This document shows positions 21,557 to 32,678 of a stretch of DNA of 64,000 nt, piece after piece. Within the stretch, counting starts at the first letter, position 1. Every line of letters begins with the position of its first letter. Location: the NCBI RefSeq assembly GCF_947568905.1, contig NC_079171.1:25172001-25236000 (forward strand), in the 5' to 3' direction. The DNA comes from Ostrea edulis. Lineage: Eukaryota. A model generated the notes under the pieces. It did no database searches. It saw nothing but the letters and a program-made list of their open reading frames with translations, and was not told where the DNA came from. The translations under genes and the position numbers were made by a program.

Positions 21557-23350
21557 TTGACGATGGAGTCCCCTTTCGATTCATATGTGAAGCGTAAGAA
21601 TGACGGTTGTAGCGAAGACTTATTGATGGATAACGTAATGATTCGAATTAGCACATTTGCCAATTACCCATCGAACAGTATATCTACATTTAGGCTTGCG
21701 AGAGAAGGGTTTTATGTTGTCAGTGGTACCAGTGACACATTGGCATGTTTTGAGTGTAAAGCTAAAGGTGCTGGTTTCATGACCGACGCTGATAATGTAA
21801 ATGGTATTCACAATACGACATGCTCGTTCAAGAAAATACTCCCTAACCAGCCGGTGGTCGAGCCACTCGATCCCATGGAGAGACGTATCGCAGGAGCCGC
21901 AGCAGCTATAGCGCTACAACAAGTACGACCACCCGAAGATCTAACGATGCCTCAACCCAAAGAGTCAACGCCACCTTCGCATACAGAACTCACACTACCT
22001 AAACCCAAAGAGTCAAGGTCGCCTCCAGTCGATGACCTAACAGCACGTCCACCCAGGACGTCAAAAAGATCTCCACCCGAAGAACTACCGTTACCTTCGC
22101 ACGAAGAGCTAATGCTACAGCCGCCCAAAATACCATCTCCCACAAAGGCTCCCGCAGCAACGTTTGTGCTGTTTACTCCCTATACACAATCCACTCCAGC
22201 GATATTCCGCCCAACATTCGATAAAACTTTGGATGTCATTGAAGATCCTCCATCACCGGCACCAACAGACGTTCTTCCACCACCAATCGATAAAACTTTG
22301 GATATCATCGAAGCTCCTTTATCACCGATGCCAACAGACGTTCTTCCACCGCTAATCGATAGGACTTTGGACTACATCGGTCCCGATCCAGAAATTGTTA
22401 GCGAGTCGTCTGTACCGACACCAGAGCAAAGATCGCCAGACGTTCTAAAATATGCCGACATACAATACGAGGTCGCCAAGTTAATGGCTGGATATAAACG
22501 AGAAATGTGGAGTACGGAACCAATTCATAATGGTATGGTGAATGAACCCGATCGTCTCAAATCGTTTTCAATGTGGCGATGTGTTACCGGAACGACGCCA
22601 ACGACACATAGCTTAGCGAACTCAGGTTTTTTTTATATCGGAGACAACGACTCTACATCATGTCACCACTGTGATCTTAAGTTAAAGAACTGGGAACCCA
22701 AAGATAACCCTTGGATCGAGCATGCTCGCTGGCAACCACGTTGTGATTTTTTACTTAAGGCGGTGGGGTCACGATATATCGCCACTGTACAAGCCGCAGC
22801 CAAGACCGATTCGCATATGTCATGTTCCAAAATCTCACAGATATTAAAGGAAGCTAGAGTCGGGAATAATGTCGCAACAGATCTTGCGAATCACCCTGCT
22901 GTGATAGACCATATTAGCAAAGGGTATGATAGTAATCGAATAGCAATTACGCATAAGATGATAATTGCCGATGCATCATTTAAACATGTTACAATGAATG
23001 ATGTCGCGAACGCCATTCTAGACAATACATTTACACAAGCTCGAGTGGGATCTCAACAGAATGGAATTACTAAAGATGAGCTGAGACTAGTCAAGGAATC
23101 CAAACTTGCTGATTTGGAAAAATTATTGAATGACAATTCTAATGATTCCTTGTCAGATGTACAAAAACAATACATCGAGTTAAAGCGTCGGATAATTTGC
23201 AAAATCTGTAAGAAAGAAGACGCTTGTCTCGTTTTTTTACCATGTGCACACTTGTCTGCGTGTAGCCCGTGTTATTCTAAAATGAAAGGTCGCAAATGTC
23301 CATTATGTAACGCTACTCACAGGAGCACCGTAAAGGCTTTCTTGACGTAA
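21557..23350 (+). CDS. iap: Inhibitor of apoptosis: degenerate BIR, Pro-rich repeats, canonical BIR, RING
   Basis: CHHC-X16-H-X6-C BIR (NWEPKDNPWIEHARWQPRC); C-terminal CKIC..PCAH..C..C..CPLC RING. Confidence 0.92.
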   Translation: MTMESPFDSYVKRKNDGCSEDLLMDNVMIRISTFANYPSNSISTFRLAREGFYVVSGTSDTLACFECKAKGAGFMTDADNVNGIHNTTCSFKKILPNQPVVEPLDPMERRIAGAAAAIALQQVRPPEDLTMPQPKESTPPSHTELTLPKPKESRSPPVDDLTARPPRTSKRSPPEELPLPSHEELMLQPPKIPSPTKAPAATFVLFTPYTQSTPAIFRPTFDKTLDVIEDPPSPAPTDVLPPPIDKTLDIIEAPLSPMPTDVLPPLIDRTLDYIGPDPEIVSESSVPTPEQRSPDVLKYADIQYEVAKLMAGYKREMWSTEPIHNGMVNEPDRLKSFSMWRCVTGTTPTTHSLANSGFFYIGDNDSTSCHHCDLKLKNWEPKDNPWIEHARWQPRCDFLLKAVGSRYIATVQAAAKTDSHMSCSKISQILKEARVGNNVATDLANHPAVIDHISKGYDSNRIAITHKMIIADASFKHVTMNDVANAILDNTFTQARVGSQQNGITKDELRLVKESKLADLEKLLNDNSNDSLSDVQKQYIELKRRIICKICKKEDACLVFLPCAHLSACSPCYSKMKGRKCPLCNATHRSTVKAFLT

Positions 23351-23489
23351 TTATCTAATCAAAGACTGAATAAAGATTTGTATAAAGTTTGTCAATACTT
23401 GTATTTTATAATTAAGTCATATGCATATTTCAACAGTTATGTCAAATATGTACAAAAATAAACAGTCATCAAAATGATCACATTGGAGT

Positions 23490-24521
23490 TCAAATCTTGT
23501 ATTCACTCTTATTCCCACTGTTTGGACGCGCAGGGAATTCCTGTCTGGGAAAATCGTCATTGTCACGATTGGGCACCATTTCTTTCTCAGCAACACCTTT
23601 GCTTATAACTTGCAAGGATCGTGCGACCAGCTTACGTTTATCATCTTCGCTCAGGGTAGAACTCTTCTTAGATACAGCAGGTCGCTTTCCGGTACCATCA
23701 AACAATCCTAATAATTGCGCCGATGTATCGGACGGTTTGGACTTTTGCCGCTTAACAGATTTTTCCCTTGGTCTCACCTCTGGCGTTTCAACACGAGTCT
23801 TGTATACGGCCACGTTCGGTACATCCTCTGAACTCACAGGGGTTTCACGGACTTTGTGTTTTTTATACATATAACCGTCACACGTATCAGTTCTCCTTTT
23901 CTGAATCCTACTCTGATACATCAGTTTCGCTTGAACCCTGTCTTCTTCGGTCATCGTGTTGTTACTAACATCATACGATCCAACCTCAATTTCTGTAACA
24001 ATGTCTGTCAATCCTTCGAATTTGACATCGTAGTCTTGTACGGGAACAGTCTCATCTGTATAGATCAGGATATGGATGTCAGATTCGATAGCTACACCTT
24101 CACCATCGCAAATTCTAAATCTCTCTGTGAGATTTCTAACAAATGTCACAAACGCCTTATGTTGGCGAGTTTGCATTGTCACATCTTTGTTGTAACGAAT
24201 TACAACTAACCGCTTATCCGTCAAATTTCTAAATATCTCGTCATATCTCTGTGACTCGGTGGGCATCCCGACATATCCAACCTCCCCGTATACAAGCTTG
24301 TGCTTCAGATACATAACAAATTTCATAAATTGAGAACTCTTCGCGATGACTGCGAGCGGTTTTCCATTCTTCAGTTTTAGAGTCTCCATCGTATTGTCGA
24401 ACCAATATGGGGTCGCATGTGTATATTCCGAACATTGTCGATCGACATCCGCATGTTCGGCGCTCCCAAATTCAACTCTGCTCATCAATACGTTGGTCTT
24501 AGTGCGCATCGGTTGCTCCAT
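23490..24521 (-). CDS. 343-aa protein with probable degenerate Rep-helicase-like N-terminal domain
   Basis: YWF..PLAVIAK..FVMYL..LVVIRY..FVRNLTERF..IHILIYTD motif order; palindrome at about 24625. Confidence 0.75.
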   Translation of the reverse strand: MEQPMRTKTNVLMSRVEFGSAEHADVDRQCSEYTHATPYWFDNTMETLKLKNGKPLAVIAKSSQFMKFVMYLKHKLVYGEVGYVGMPTESQRYDEIFRNLTDKRLVVIRYNKDVTMQTRQHKAFVTFVRNLTERFRICDGEGVAIESDIHILIYTDETVPVQDYDVKFEGLTDIVTEIEVGSYDVSNNTMTEEDRVQAKLMYQSRIQKRRTDTCDGYMYKKHKVRETPVSSEDVPNVAVYKTRVETPEVRPREKSVKRQKSKPSDTSAQLLGLFDGTGKRPAVSKKSSTLSEDDKRKLVARSLQVISKGVAEKEMVPNRDNDDFPRQEFPARPNSGNKSEYKI

Positions 24522-24756
24522 GATGATATATAACGTTGTAGAACACTACCAAAGTTCACTCGTGTATAACAATGTGTTATGATTCGTATTGAGCTGTCCT
24601 CCGGTATATATAGACGATAATGTTGAACGCGTTCGTTTTTTTGTAAACGATCGTAAACGCAAATTAATATAGTAAGATTTTTAATTAAATTGGTTATTGG
24701 TACACAAATTTCGAAGTGGATTTTGCATGTGTCGACATGTCCCCAACCATTCACCG

Positions 24757-25050
24757 TTATGTATGATCATCTTCATGATGCCGTGCGATGTTGCACAATA
24801 CACATGTATCTACATTTTCATCAGAAGTTTTAACACGTCTAGCGGGTGTAAGTTCCCTTTTAATTTTTCTGGGATTTTCACGATGGTCCGGTGGGTCTTG
24901 AAATTGTACCACACGAGATCTTTTTACATTTCTAAGTTCGATATCATCATCATCATCGATTCGTTTACGTTTATTGTCAGTCATGTCGGTGTTGTGTTTT
25001 TGATATCCGAGTGTGCGGAATGTGTTTCCAATATATAAATAACTGTACAC
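24757..25050 (-). CDS. 97-aa basic hypothetical protein
   Basis: Short ORF with KRKR/KRSR and C-terminal CVLC..H. Confidence 0.5.
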   Translation of the reverse strand: MYSYLYIGNTFRTLGYQKHNTDMTDNKRKRIDDDDDIELRNVKRSRVVQFQDPPDHRENPRKIKRELTPARRVKTSDENVDTCVLCNIARHHEDDHT

Positions 25051-25163
25051 TTGTAGTTCATAATAATAGTTTGTTTTAATTTGTTACAAACATCGCATGG
25101 TGAATATAAAATCAATTCATAGTATACACATATACAGATATAAAATCAATCTACATGCACATA

Positions 25164-25523
25164 TCATGTCCACTGAGGAACATCTAGGTCTGGTATAATT
25201 TGATTGTTTATGATAAAAAATCTACAAGGATGTGCACATCCTTCCCCGTGCGCATTCGTCGATTTAAACTCGCCCCCTCGCACTTGTATGCCAATCTCCT
25301 CGCCCTGATCAATGTACGTAGTGTAGCCCACATAATATTTCGCCACGTCAACATCTCGTTTGTCATCAGCGATTTCTTCAACATCAGTGACTTCTTCAAC
25401 ATCAGTGACTTCTTCAACATCAGTGACTTGTTCCACGTCTGTAACCAACTCAATGTTGGTAATTAGTTCGATATCTGTAACCTGATTCATGGTGGTAATT
25501 TCGTCAACGTTATTATGTGACAT
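25164..25523 (-). CDS. 119-aa protein with EEVTDV (18-bp) repeats
   Basis: ORF; bidirectional palindrome at about 25598. Confidence 0.65.
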   Translation of the reverse strand: MSHNNVDEITTMNQVTDIELITNIELVTDVEQVTDVEEVTDVEEVTDVEEIADDKRDVDVAKYYVGYTTYIDQGEEIGIQVRGGEFKSTNAHGEGCAHPCRFFIINNQIIPDLDVPQWT

Positions 25524-25696
25524 GTTAGATCTGATCTATTTTTTATACATATCAGTTAAATATAAGTATACTTTATACATATATGTAACTCGATTTCTTG
25601 AACGCGTTCGATGTAACGTCGTACAAACCGTGTGTATAATGCTATTCATTTAATGACAACTCCATAACTCTATCATACATTTACACAAGAGGAGCC

Positions 25697-26308
25697 ATGG
25701 ATGACATGAATTCTTTCCCAACCCATAACCGTGAGGAAGAAATACTTGATAGGACAGGTATCGATATTACTACACTTTCAGCCTTCACGACTATGTTGGA
25801 GATGGAGTTCGATCGCCGCTCGGTGATAGAAGCATTTGGATCTTTGATTGGTGACAGTTACGACAGTAGTTATATACAAAGTATCAGTGCTGAATGTGTC
25901 TTAGACAGTCTGCTCGCAATGAACGCGACTACCAAGATTGCGAGTGAGGATGTAGATGAAACTGCGCTTCAGACAATTATCACCGAAAGCGAAGCTACTG
26001 CCAAAGCTACAGTTGGGACTACAGCCGAGACTTCGTTGGGACTTGCAGGTCTTGCGGAAGAGCCTAATATCAGATACGATTTTGAGCGCGCAGTTTATGA
26101 TATGGATGCTGGTCTATTATTAACTCAGACCAAACACTTGAAAGATATGTTAATTTGTAAAATTTGTATGGTTAAGAGCGCCTACGTATTGTTACAACCT
26201 TGTGGACATTTGTGCGCTTGCGCCGAGTGTGCTAAACAACTTAAACGTTGTCCCATGTGTCGTATTCGTGTTCATCTAAACAAATCTATACATGTAGATT
26301 TGATGTGA
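25697..26308 (+). CDS. IAP-type RING finger protein without BIR
   Basis: CKICMVKSAYVLLQPCGHLCACAECAKQLKRCPMCR. Confidence 0.88.
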   Translation: MDDMNSFPTHNREEEILDRTGIDITTLSAFTTMLEMEFDRRSVIEAFGSLIGDSYDSSYIQSISAECVLDSLLAMNATTKIASEDVDETALQTIITESEATAKATVGTTAETSLGLAGLAEEPNIRYDFERAVYDMDAGLLLTQTKHLKDMLICKICMVKSAYVLLQPCGHLCACAECAKQLKRCPMCRIRVHLNKSIHVDLM

Positions 26309-26615
26309 TTTGCGATCTACACATTTTGTTATATTTGGTAACTCTGCATATATGTTTACAATATTGTCAAATCAATAAAATTGTCAGCAATCATACCATT
26401 TGTGTTAGGAATTTTTATATAATATATAAACTACGATACAAGTTTATATAACCAAGCACAGGATATCGACGTGGTAAAAGACGCACAGTTCTTTAAACTC
26501 GTATTTATGGAAGAACTCATAATATATATTTTTGTATCGAATCGTATTGATATCGTTCGATACTCAATGAAATTATACCAATTGATAACTAATGTCATAA
26601 GTTCGATTTCATTTT

Positions 26616-27428
26616 TTATATAGTGATAACATTTTGTTTTACATGATTATGTATACAGCGTACAAGAATATGAAGTTTGTTATATATATACAATAGACAT
26701 GACCGTATCGCACTTCCTATTGGCGTGGCATTCGCAAATCTTTTTTTCATTAATGAGCTGTCTTTGACATCCATAAGGGTCAATCTAGGTCTCTTTACAA
26801 TCTTCGGTGGTAAATCTTCGTCTTCAGATTCACTGTCTTCAGATTCACTATCGTCCGATTCATACAATCCGTACGACTCGCCCGACTGCCCATCTCGCTC
26901 CAAGATTTTCAATTCTTGACCCAACATCGATCGCTCCGCCTCTAGTAATTCCTGTTTAAATGCGAACACGGTCCGATCCTGGGTATGCCTGTGTTTAGAC
27001 TGTTCCAGTCGACTTTGTCTCTTAGCCAGTACTTCTTTATCAGGTATCACACCACGATGCGAGTTCATACGTGTTACTATTGACCATTTCAGGTCATATA
27101 TCCACTGGTCCAACAATTCCATATACCGACAAGAAACGACTAGTTGTTGTTTCAACACATCGTGATTTCGTACCATGTGTGCATACACGCGCATAGATCG
27201 TCCGTTCGGATCCAATCGTTTTTGCAGCGTGGTAATTTCCAGAGCCAAAGTGGACCTTTTCACTTTCAGCATATCGTGTTCTTGTTGTAACTCTCCAATA
27301 AATTTCATTTCCTTACTTTTGAAGTACATCGTGGTGTTGTAATGTAAATTGGGTTGACGAAAGTACAAGTTGAATGTGTGGAATTGACATTTTATACAGT
27401 TTACCAGTTCAATATCGAACGCGTTCAA
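26616..27428 (-). CDS. Coiled-coil family member 1 (likely start 27329)
   Basis: MYFKSKEMKFIGELQQEHDMLK...; paralogous to the next three genes. Confidence 0.75.
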   Translation of the reverse strand: MNAFDIELVNCIKCQFHTFNLYFRQPNLHYNTTMYFKSKEMKFIGELQQEHDMLKVKRSTLALEITTLQKRLDPNGRSMRVYAHMVRNHDVLKQQLVVSCRYMELLDQWIYDLKWSIVTRMNSHRGVIPDKEVLAKRQSRLEQSKHRHTQDRTVFAFKQELLEAERSMLGQELKILERDGQSGESYGLYESDDSESEDSESEDEDLPPKIVKRPRLTLMDVKDSSLMKKRFANATPIGSAIRSCLLYIYNKLHILVRCIHNHVKQNVITI

Positions 27429-27561
27429 TTGAATTGTACCAAGTGATAACTAATGCTGTAAGTTCGTTTTCATTTTTTATATAATGATAACATTTGTTTA
27501 CATGAAATTATATACAGACACATAGTACAAAGATAATATATATACAATAAACATGACCAAA

Positions 27562-29793
27562 TTACACATCTTTTTTGATCGCAGATCTTCTTCTTTGCAT
27601 TAATAAACTGTCCTTAAAGGACACATCGCATGTTTTTAAACTTTTTAATTTTTTCAGCAAAATTAATTCATTTCATGCCTAAAACTACTTTACTTGTGTT
27701 TTAAATGAAACAGTTTGCGTAGTTTTCGAGTTTAAAAGCGATGAAATTCAAATCTTGCGATATGCATATTTTCTTCGATATTTTACGCGCCATTATCTGT
27801 GACGTCATATGCGACCTCGAGCGAGAAGATTTGAAAACAGTTGATAGCCATTTCATAAACAGATTAGATTTAATTGACAAACAAACAATTATCACATTAA
27901 CAGCTTGTAAATAACACTGCATTAGGGTGTTTTGTGCCGTTTAAGGGTGTACTTGCTGTCAGTAGAGAGGATTTGGACTGTGTTTTTTATCAATTTTCGA
28001 AGGAAGGTATGAGGGACAAGACGTGAATATTTTTTGTCGGCTCAACGACTTTTCCATAAAAACCCCCAGTAGAATTTGTCCCTGTACTTTTTCTAACAAG
28101 CACTTGGACAAATACGTAGATAAACTGCGAGAAAGTGGTTCTATCGAAGCTACGCACTGTAACATATAGGCCTACGGCATATGCTTTCCGTTCTGCTCTC
28201 GAATTCAATACACACTCGCACCAACTGACCTTCACCTTGTAACAACATAAGCAGAACTTTGCTAGCAGTGTCTACCAACTGGTAGTTTTAAAAAAGAAAT
28301 TTAAAGATAAAAGATAATTGGACTTTCAATTATAAATAATAAAATGTAATATTTCCCGACTTTGAATTGAATTATAATGCTTTCATTTTTTTTTAAGGAA
28401 CGCGTATGTGTTTACAACAACAGCACGCCGCGCTCCCACTTCCTACGTAACAACGTGTTGATAACAAAAAATAATGATTAGGCCTAATAAAATTGCTTTA
28501 ATAAAATAATTTAAAAGTATTGTGATTTTCACAATAAGTTTGATCATTATTATTATTTTTTTTTCTTTTTCGAAATGCACCCGTGACAGTAGGCCTGGTT
28601 GTCAATGATACATAATCGTATCATAATTTAGGCCTATCTAACTTCTCCAAAAATAAATTTAATAATAATTGCACTGTTTATTTTAGAAAAGCAACAACGC
28701 TAATTACAGTTGTTTACAGAAATGGCATTACCAAATTGTGTTTAAACAGGGATCCGATGTAAACATTATTTACTCGCAAATTTATGCAGATTTCATACTC
28801 GCTTTTCTCGCTACATTTGGGTCGCTATTTGTATGCACTGGTGGCTAAAAGATATAAGACTCTGGAAATTTGTCAACATCGAAATAAATGTTATCCATGG
28901 TAAATAAATTAGGCCCCTAAAACCCGAGTTTTAAAAAATATCTAACACTACTTTTACAACAAGTTGATCGACGAAGGTCGCATATGACGTCACTGTACCA
29001 CGTGACTACCTATCTAATTAACTAGGCTTTTTGAAATCGGGGCTTAGATTTAAGTCCGTATTGTGGCTAATTATCGCAATACTTCAGCGAACGAACTATT
29101 ACAATTAATTTCTATAAGCATAAGGAAGACAAAATGCATATAATTCTGTATACTTTGAAAACACGAGATGTGTCCTTTAATGTCCATAAGTGTTACTCTA
29201 GTTTCACCATCTTCCAATTCGACGTTCGACCCATCGAATTTATACTGGTCTAAATCTTGTCCCAACATTGTGACTCTGTCTCCTAACGCCTCCGATTCTT
29301 GTTCTAGCCTCGCTCGATCCAACACTTCTTGATCAAATGAAAATGCGGTTACTTCGTGGTACAATGTGCTATATCCTTCATAATATTTTATGCTCGTATA
29401 CTCATCTATGTCCTTGATTACCACATTCAACCGCTGATTCAACCATCCGATATCCCGACATATCATGGATCTGTGCTTTTCCAACATACTATACTTGCGC
29501 CCCGCACGATCACACATATACATGGATCGTCCGCTCGAGTTCAGTAGAACATTCAGCGCAACAAGTTCCTGATTCAAAGTGAATATATGTTGATTCAACA
29601 TATCATATTCTCGTTCCAACTCGTCAATAACTTCCATTACAGCTTTGAAGAACATCTTGGTGTGTGGAATGATATTTTGATGAGAACAAGTTTTGATGGT
29701 GCTATAATTTTTTATTTTGGAATTTGTTATTTTATACATTTTGACAGTTTGATATCGAACACGTTCGATTATATAAAGTTCACACTCCAACAT
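27562..29793 (-). pseudogene. Coiled-coil family member 2 split by a DNA transposon (likely start 29655)
   Basis: Removing the insert and one TTAA restores ...ETRVTLMDIKDSLLMQRRRSAIKKDV*, matching RLTLMDVKDSSLMKKR of member 1. Confidence 0.88.
27618..29176. mobile_element. Non-autonomous host DNA transposon, Kolobok-like (TTAA target duplication)
   Basis: TTAA|AGGACACATC ... GATGTGTCCT|TTAA. Sub-terminal inverted repeat GTGACGTCATATGCGACC (about 27738 / 28975). AT-rich, no long ORF. Confidence 0.85.
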
Positions 29794-30121
29794 CGTTCAA
29801 TCCAAACTCGATACTTCTTGTTTTTTTTTTATCAGACATCTCATCACGATGCGCGTGCGCATATACATCTATAGCTATCTCCAGCACATTCAGCTCCCGG
29901 TCCAACGATGCCATATCCCGATCCAAAGTGGCTCTATGCGTCTTCAACATATTATAATCTTGCTCCATGTTCGCATACGCATATATAGCTTGTTCGGCCG
30001 AAGTCAGTCGTTGTTGCAGCAAGGCGATTGTCTGAGCCAAATCCGTCTTCCGTTTCTTCAACATAGACAGTTCTTGTTTTAGATCTTCAACGTATTTCAT
30101 TTCAGCCTTGCGAGTCATCAT
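29780..30121 (-). CDS. Coiled-coil family member 3 (113 aa)
   Basis: KAEMKYVEDLKQELSMLK aligns with member 1. Confidence 0.75.
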   Translation of the reverse strand: MMTRKAEMKYVEDLKQELSMLKKRKTDLAQTIALLQQRLTSAEQAIYAYANMEQDYNMLKTHRATLDRDMASLDRELNVLEIAIDVYAHAHRDEMSDKKKTRSIEFGLNDVGV

Positions 30122-30450
30122 GGTTGTAATAAAATGATTTGACGAGAGAACAAATTGTGGATGTTTTATAGTTTTTGAAGTTCGGTAATGATTGTATATT
30201 TATACAGTTCAATCCTTTGTGATACCAAACACGTTCGATTTGTAAAGCTTATTGTGTCTGTAACAGATCAAGTTTTTTGGTCGATCCGAATCCCCTTATT
30301 TTGTGTTACAAGAAGAATGCAGTTTTGGTTTATAACAAGTTTTATTAAATGGTATCATGTTGCATATGAACGCACATTGTATAACATCACCAGTTTTATA
30401 TGACAATTGGTATATATATAAAATATAATGAATATACATATATGATCGAG

Positions 30451-31065
30451 TTATAAAAGTTTGTTGAGTTCATCCACAGTTCTTTCGTGCAGTGCTATTT
30501 TTTTTGTAGACTTCGCAAGCCTATCTATAGCCTTTCTCAAAGTAATCAATTCCGATTCGATGCAGTAATCATCACCAGACGATAGAATTTCGGGCACTAG
30601 AGCCGGTTCTTCGTCGACCGATTTGACCGGTTCTTCGTCGACCGATTTGACCGGTTCTTCGTCGACCATTTGATCCCATTCTGCCGGTCGTGCTTTTCGT
30701 CTCATCATCACCGTTTTTTTACCAAACACAATCGATTCTCGCCTATGCCTAAGCATTGCTCGTTCCAGATCACATATATCTTCATGAGTTCTAAATATTT
30801 CTCTGCGCGTAAGCATTGCGCTCACTTCTTCTCGATCAGGATCGAATTCTTCTCCATATTCATCCCCCTCAATAACGTGTTTGCGCTCACAATCGTGTAT
30901 ATGTTTCTCAACATCATCCATGAATTCGTCCAAACGTTTCAGTTGCTGTTTCAAATCCCACTTCTGTACACTCAAGATGGAAAACTCTTTTCGCATCGAT
31001 TTGATTATACCCATATTATTTTGTTTAAACATTGTGGTATCGTTGTGTAAAAATGATTTTACCAA
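30451..31065 (-). CDS. Coiled-coil family member 4 with DEEPVKSV repeats
   Basis: MFKQNNMGIIKSMRKEFSIL...; 24-bp tandem repeat at about 30603-30665. Confidence 0.7.
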   Translation of the reverse strand: MVKSFLHNDTTMFKQNNMGIIKSMRKEFSILSVQKWDLKQQLKRLDEFMDDVEKHIHDCERKHVIEGDEYGEEFDPDREEVSAMLTRREIFRTHEDICDLERAMLRHRRESIVFGKKTVMMRRKARPAEWDQMVDEEPVKSVDEEPVKSVDEEPALVPEILSSGDDYCIESELITLRKAIDRLAKSTKKIALHERTVDELNKLL

Positions 31066-31429
31066 CAGTACAAGTTTGATGCTGTTATAATTTGAGAATG
31101 GTTACATATCTTATATGATTTGACCGTGTAACATCGAACACGTTCGTGTCTTTTTAATCCGAGTCAATCCCAAATTATATAATCTATTTCTGACTCCATC
31201 AGTGTGTTTTTATGAAAATGATTAATAAGTCTTGTAGTTATTTTTTCATATTTTATTACTGTAACAAGGTTTATGCGATAATACAATTGGCACTCGTACA
31301 AGGTACAAGGCACTCTATTACTAAGATACAAGATACAATGTTCAATATACAAGTTATTAAGCACAAGTTGTATTATCAGGTAGACATATAGCAAATATAT
31401 CAATGGTTGGTACGTTTTATCTGTAAAAT

Positions 31430-32083
31430 TTAATCATCTTTTTCGTAAAAGTGCCACGATCCAGCATCGTCTAGACAGCGTTCTTCAGCTGGCTCTTCAA
31501 CCGGTTTTTCGCGGACCACCAATTCCTCATGTTGACCATGTTGTTCAGCCACGTGTTCGGCACCAACACGATCTCCGTGATCAGGTTCGTCACCATCGAT
31601 AGCCGAGCGTCGACTATTAAGTCGACGTTTAAGTTTGAAGTTTAAATTCTGACGAATTTCCTCCGATACCAATTCTTCACCCAGATCTCTATCTGCCGAT
31701 TCTTCCACATCTGCAAACTCTGCTTCTGAGACATCTGTGTCTGATGTATCGACGTTTGATACACCAGAGTCTATCCTATCGGCATCGTGGTCTAGTTCCT
31801 CAGTTCCTGACCAATCGCTGTCAGTTTCTTCGTCATCTAGATCCTCGTTTACCGGCTCTTCGTTCGCCGGCGCTTCGTTCGCTGGCGCTTCGTCATTTAT
31901 AACTTCGATCGATTCATCATCATCTGAATACTCGCCATCCGTGAGAACAAGGTTCTCATGATTGTCGACTTCGTCATCGTCGACGAATCCATGTGCGAGG
32001 AATTGGTTGACGACCAATTCTTCATCATGTTGTCTACTTGGTGCTTCGTCAATCATTTTGTCGATTATGGTTTGTAGTTTCAA
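31430..32083 (-). CDS. 217-aa acidic hypothetical protein
   Basis: ORF; palindrome at 32190-32205. Confidence 0.75.
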   Translation of the reverse strand: MKLQTIIDKMIDEAPSRQHDEELVVNQFLAHGFVDDDEVDNHENLVLTDGEYSDDDESIEVINDEAPANEAPANEEPVNEDLDDEETDSDWSGTEELDHDADRIDSGVSNVDTSDTDVSEAEFADVEESADRDLGEELVSEEIRQNLNFKLKRRLNSRRSAIDGDEPDHGDRVGAEHVAEQHGQHEELVVREKPVEEPAEERCLDDAGSWHFYEKDD

Positions 32084-32678
32084 AAACTAGGAGTCGTTTT
32101 ATAACTTTGTAGTTATGGAATACGATGCTAGTGAAGGTATGATTTCTACTTGAATATGTTTGGTTATATGCGGTTTGCACCCCGATTATATCGAACTCGT
32201 TCGATTTTATAAAGGGAGTTTCCGGTCTAGAACTTCTTCAGTTTATTAATCTGTGGAGGATTGTGTACTTGGTCATTCTATTAATAATACATACTATATT
32301 GTAATTTTCGATCGTCATCCTCACAGTTTCGCGTCGGCCTGTTCGCCAGACGTTCGTATTTGAGTATTAGTTCGTTTTTAGTTATGGTGAGCGTGACCAT
32401 CGTTATAAACTCTATGTTTAAAGGCGATATCGGTTTGTAATTGCTCCGTGTGCGTTTTAGAGCTCCTTTTGCATTTGTAATCCCTTTGTTAAATCCTTTC
32501 GTATCAGTTTAAAACTCCTGTTTGTTGCTTTGATAACTCTAACGACATGATTTCGTTTTAGATGTTTTTATATAATAAAGGTTGGTGCATTTTATAAACA
32601 TGGTTACATGATTCAATATATACAAACATTCGATGATACAATGACAATATGTGATATTATACATAAGTGTTACATAGT

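Noticed and set aside
27614-29180. piggyBac / Teratorn-type transposase fusion mobilising the virus
   Set aside because: TTAA is duplicated, but the termini are AGG rather than piggyBac CCC. There is no transposase and the element is internal to a gene.
29754-29769. Promoter palindrome as a Gram-positive LexA SOS box
   Set aside because: The SOS box is GAAC-N4-GTTC; here the spacer is N2 and the context is eukaryotic.
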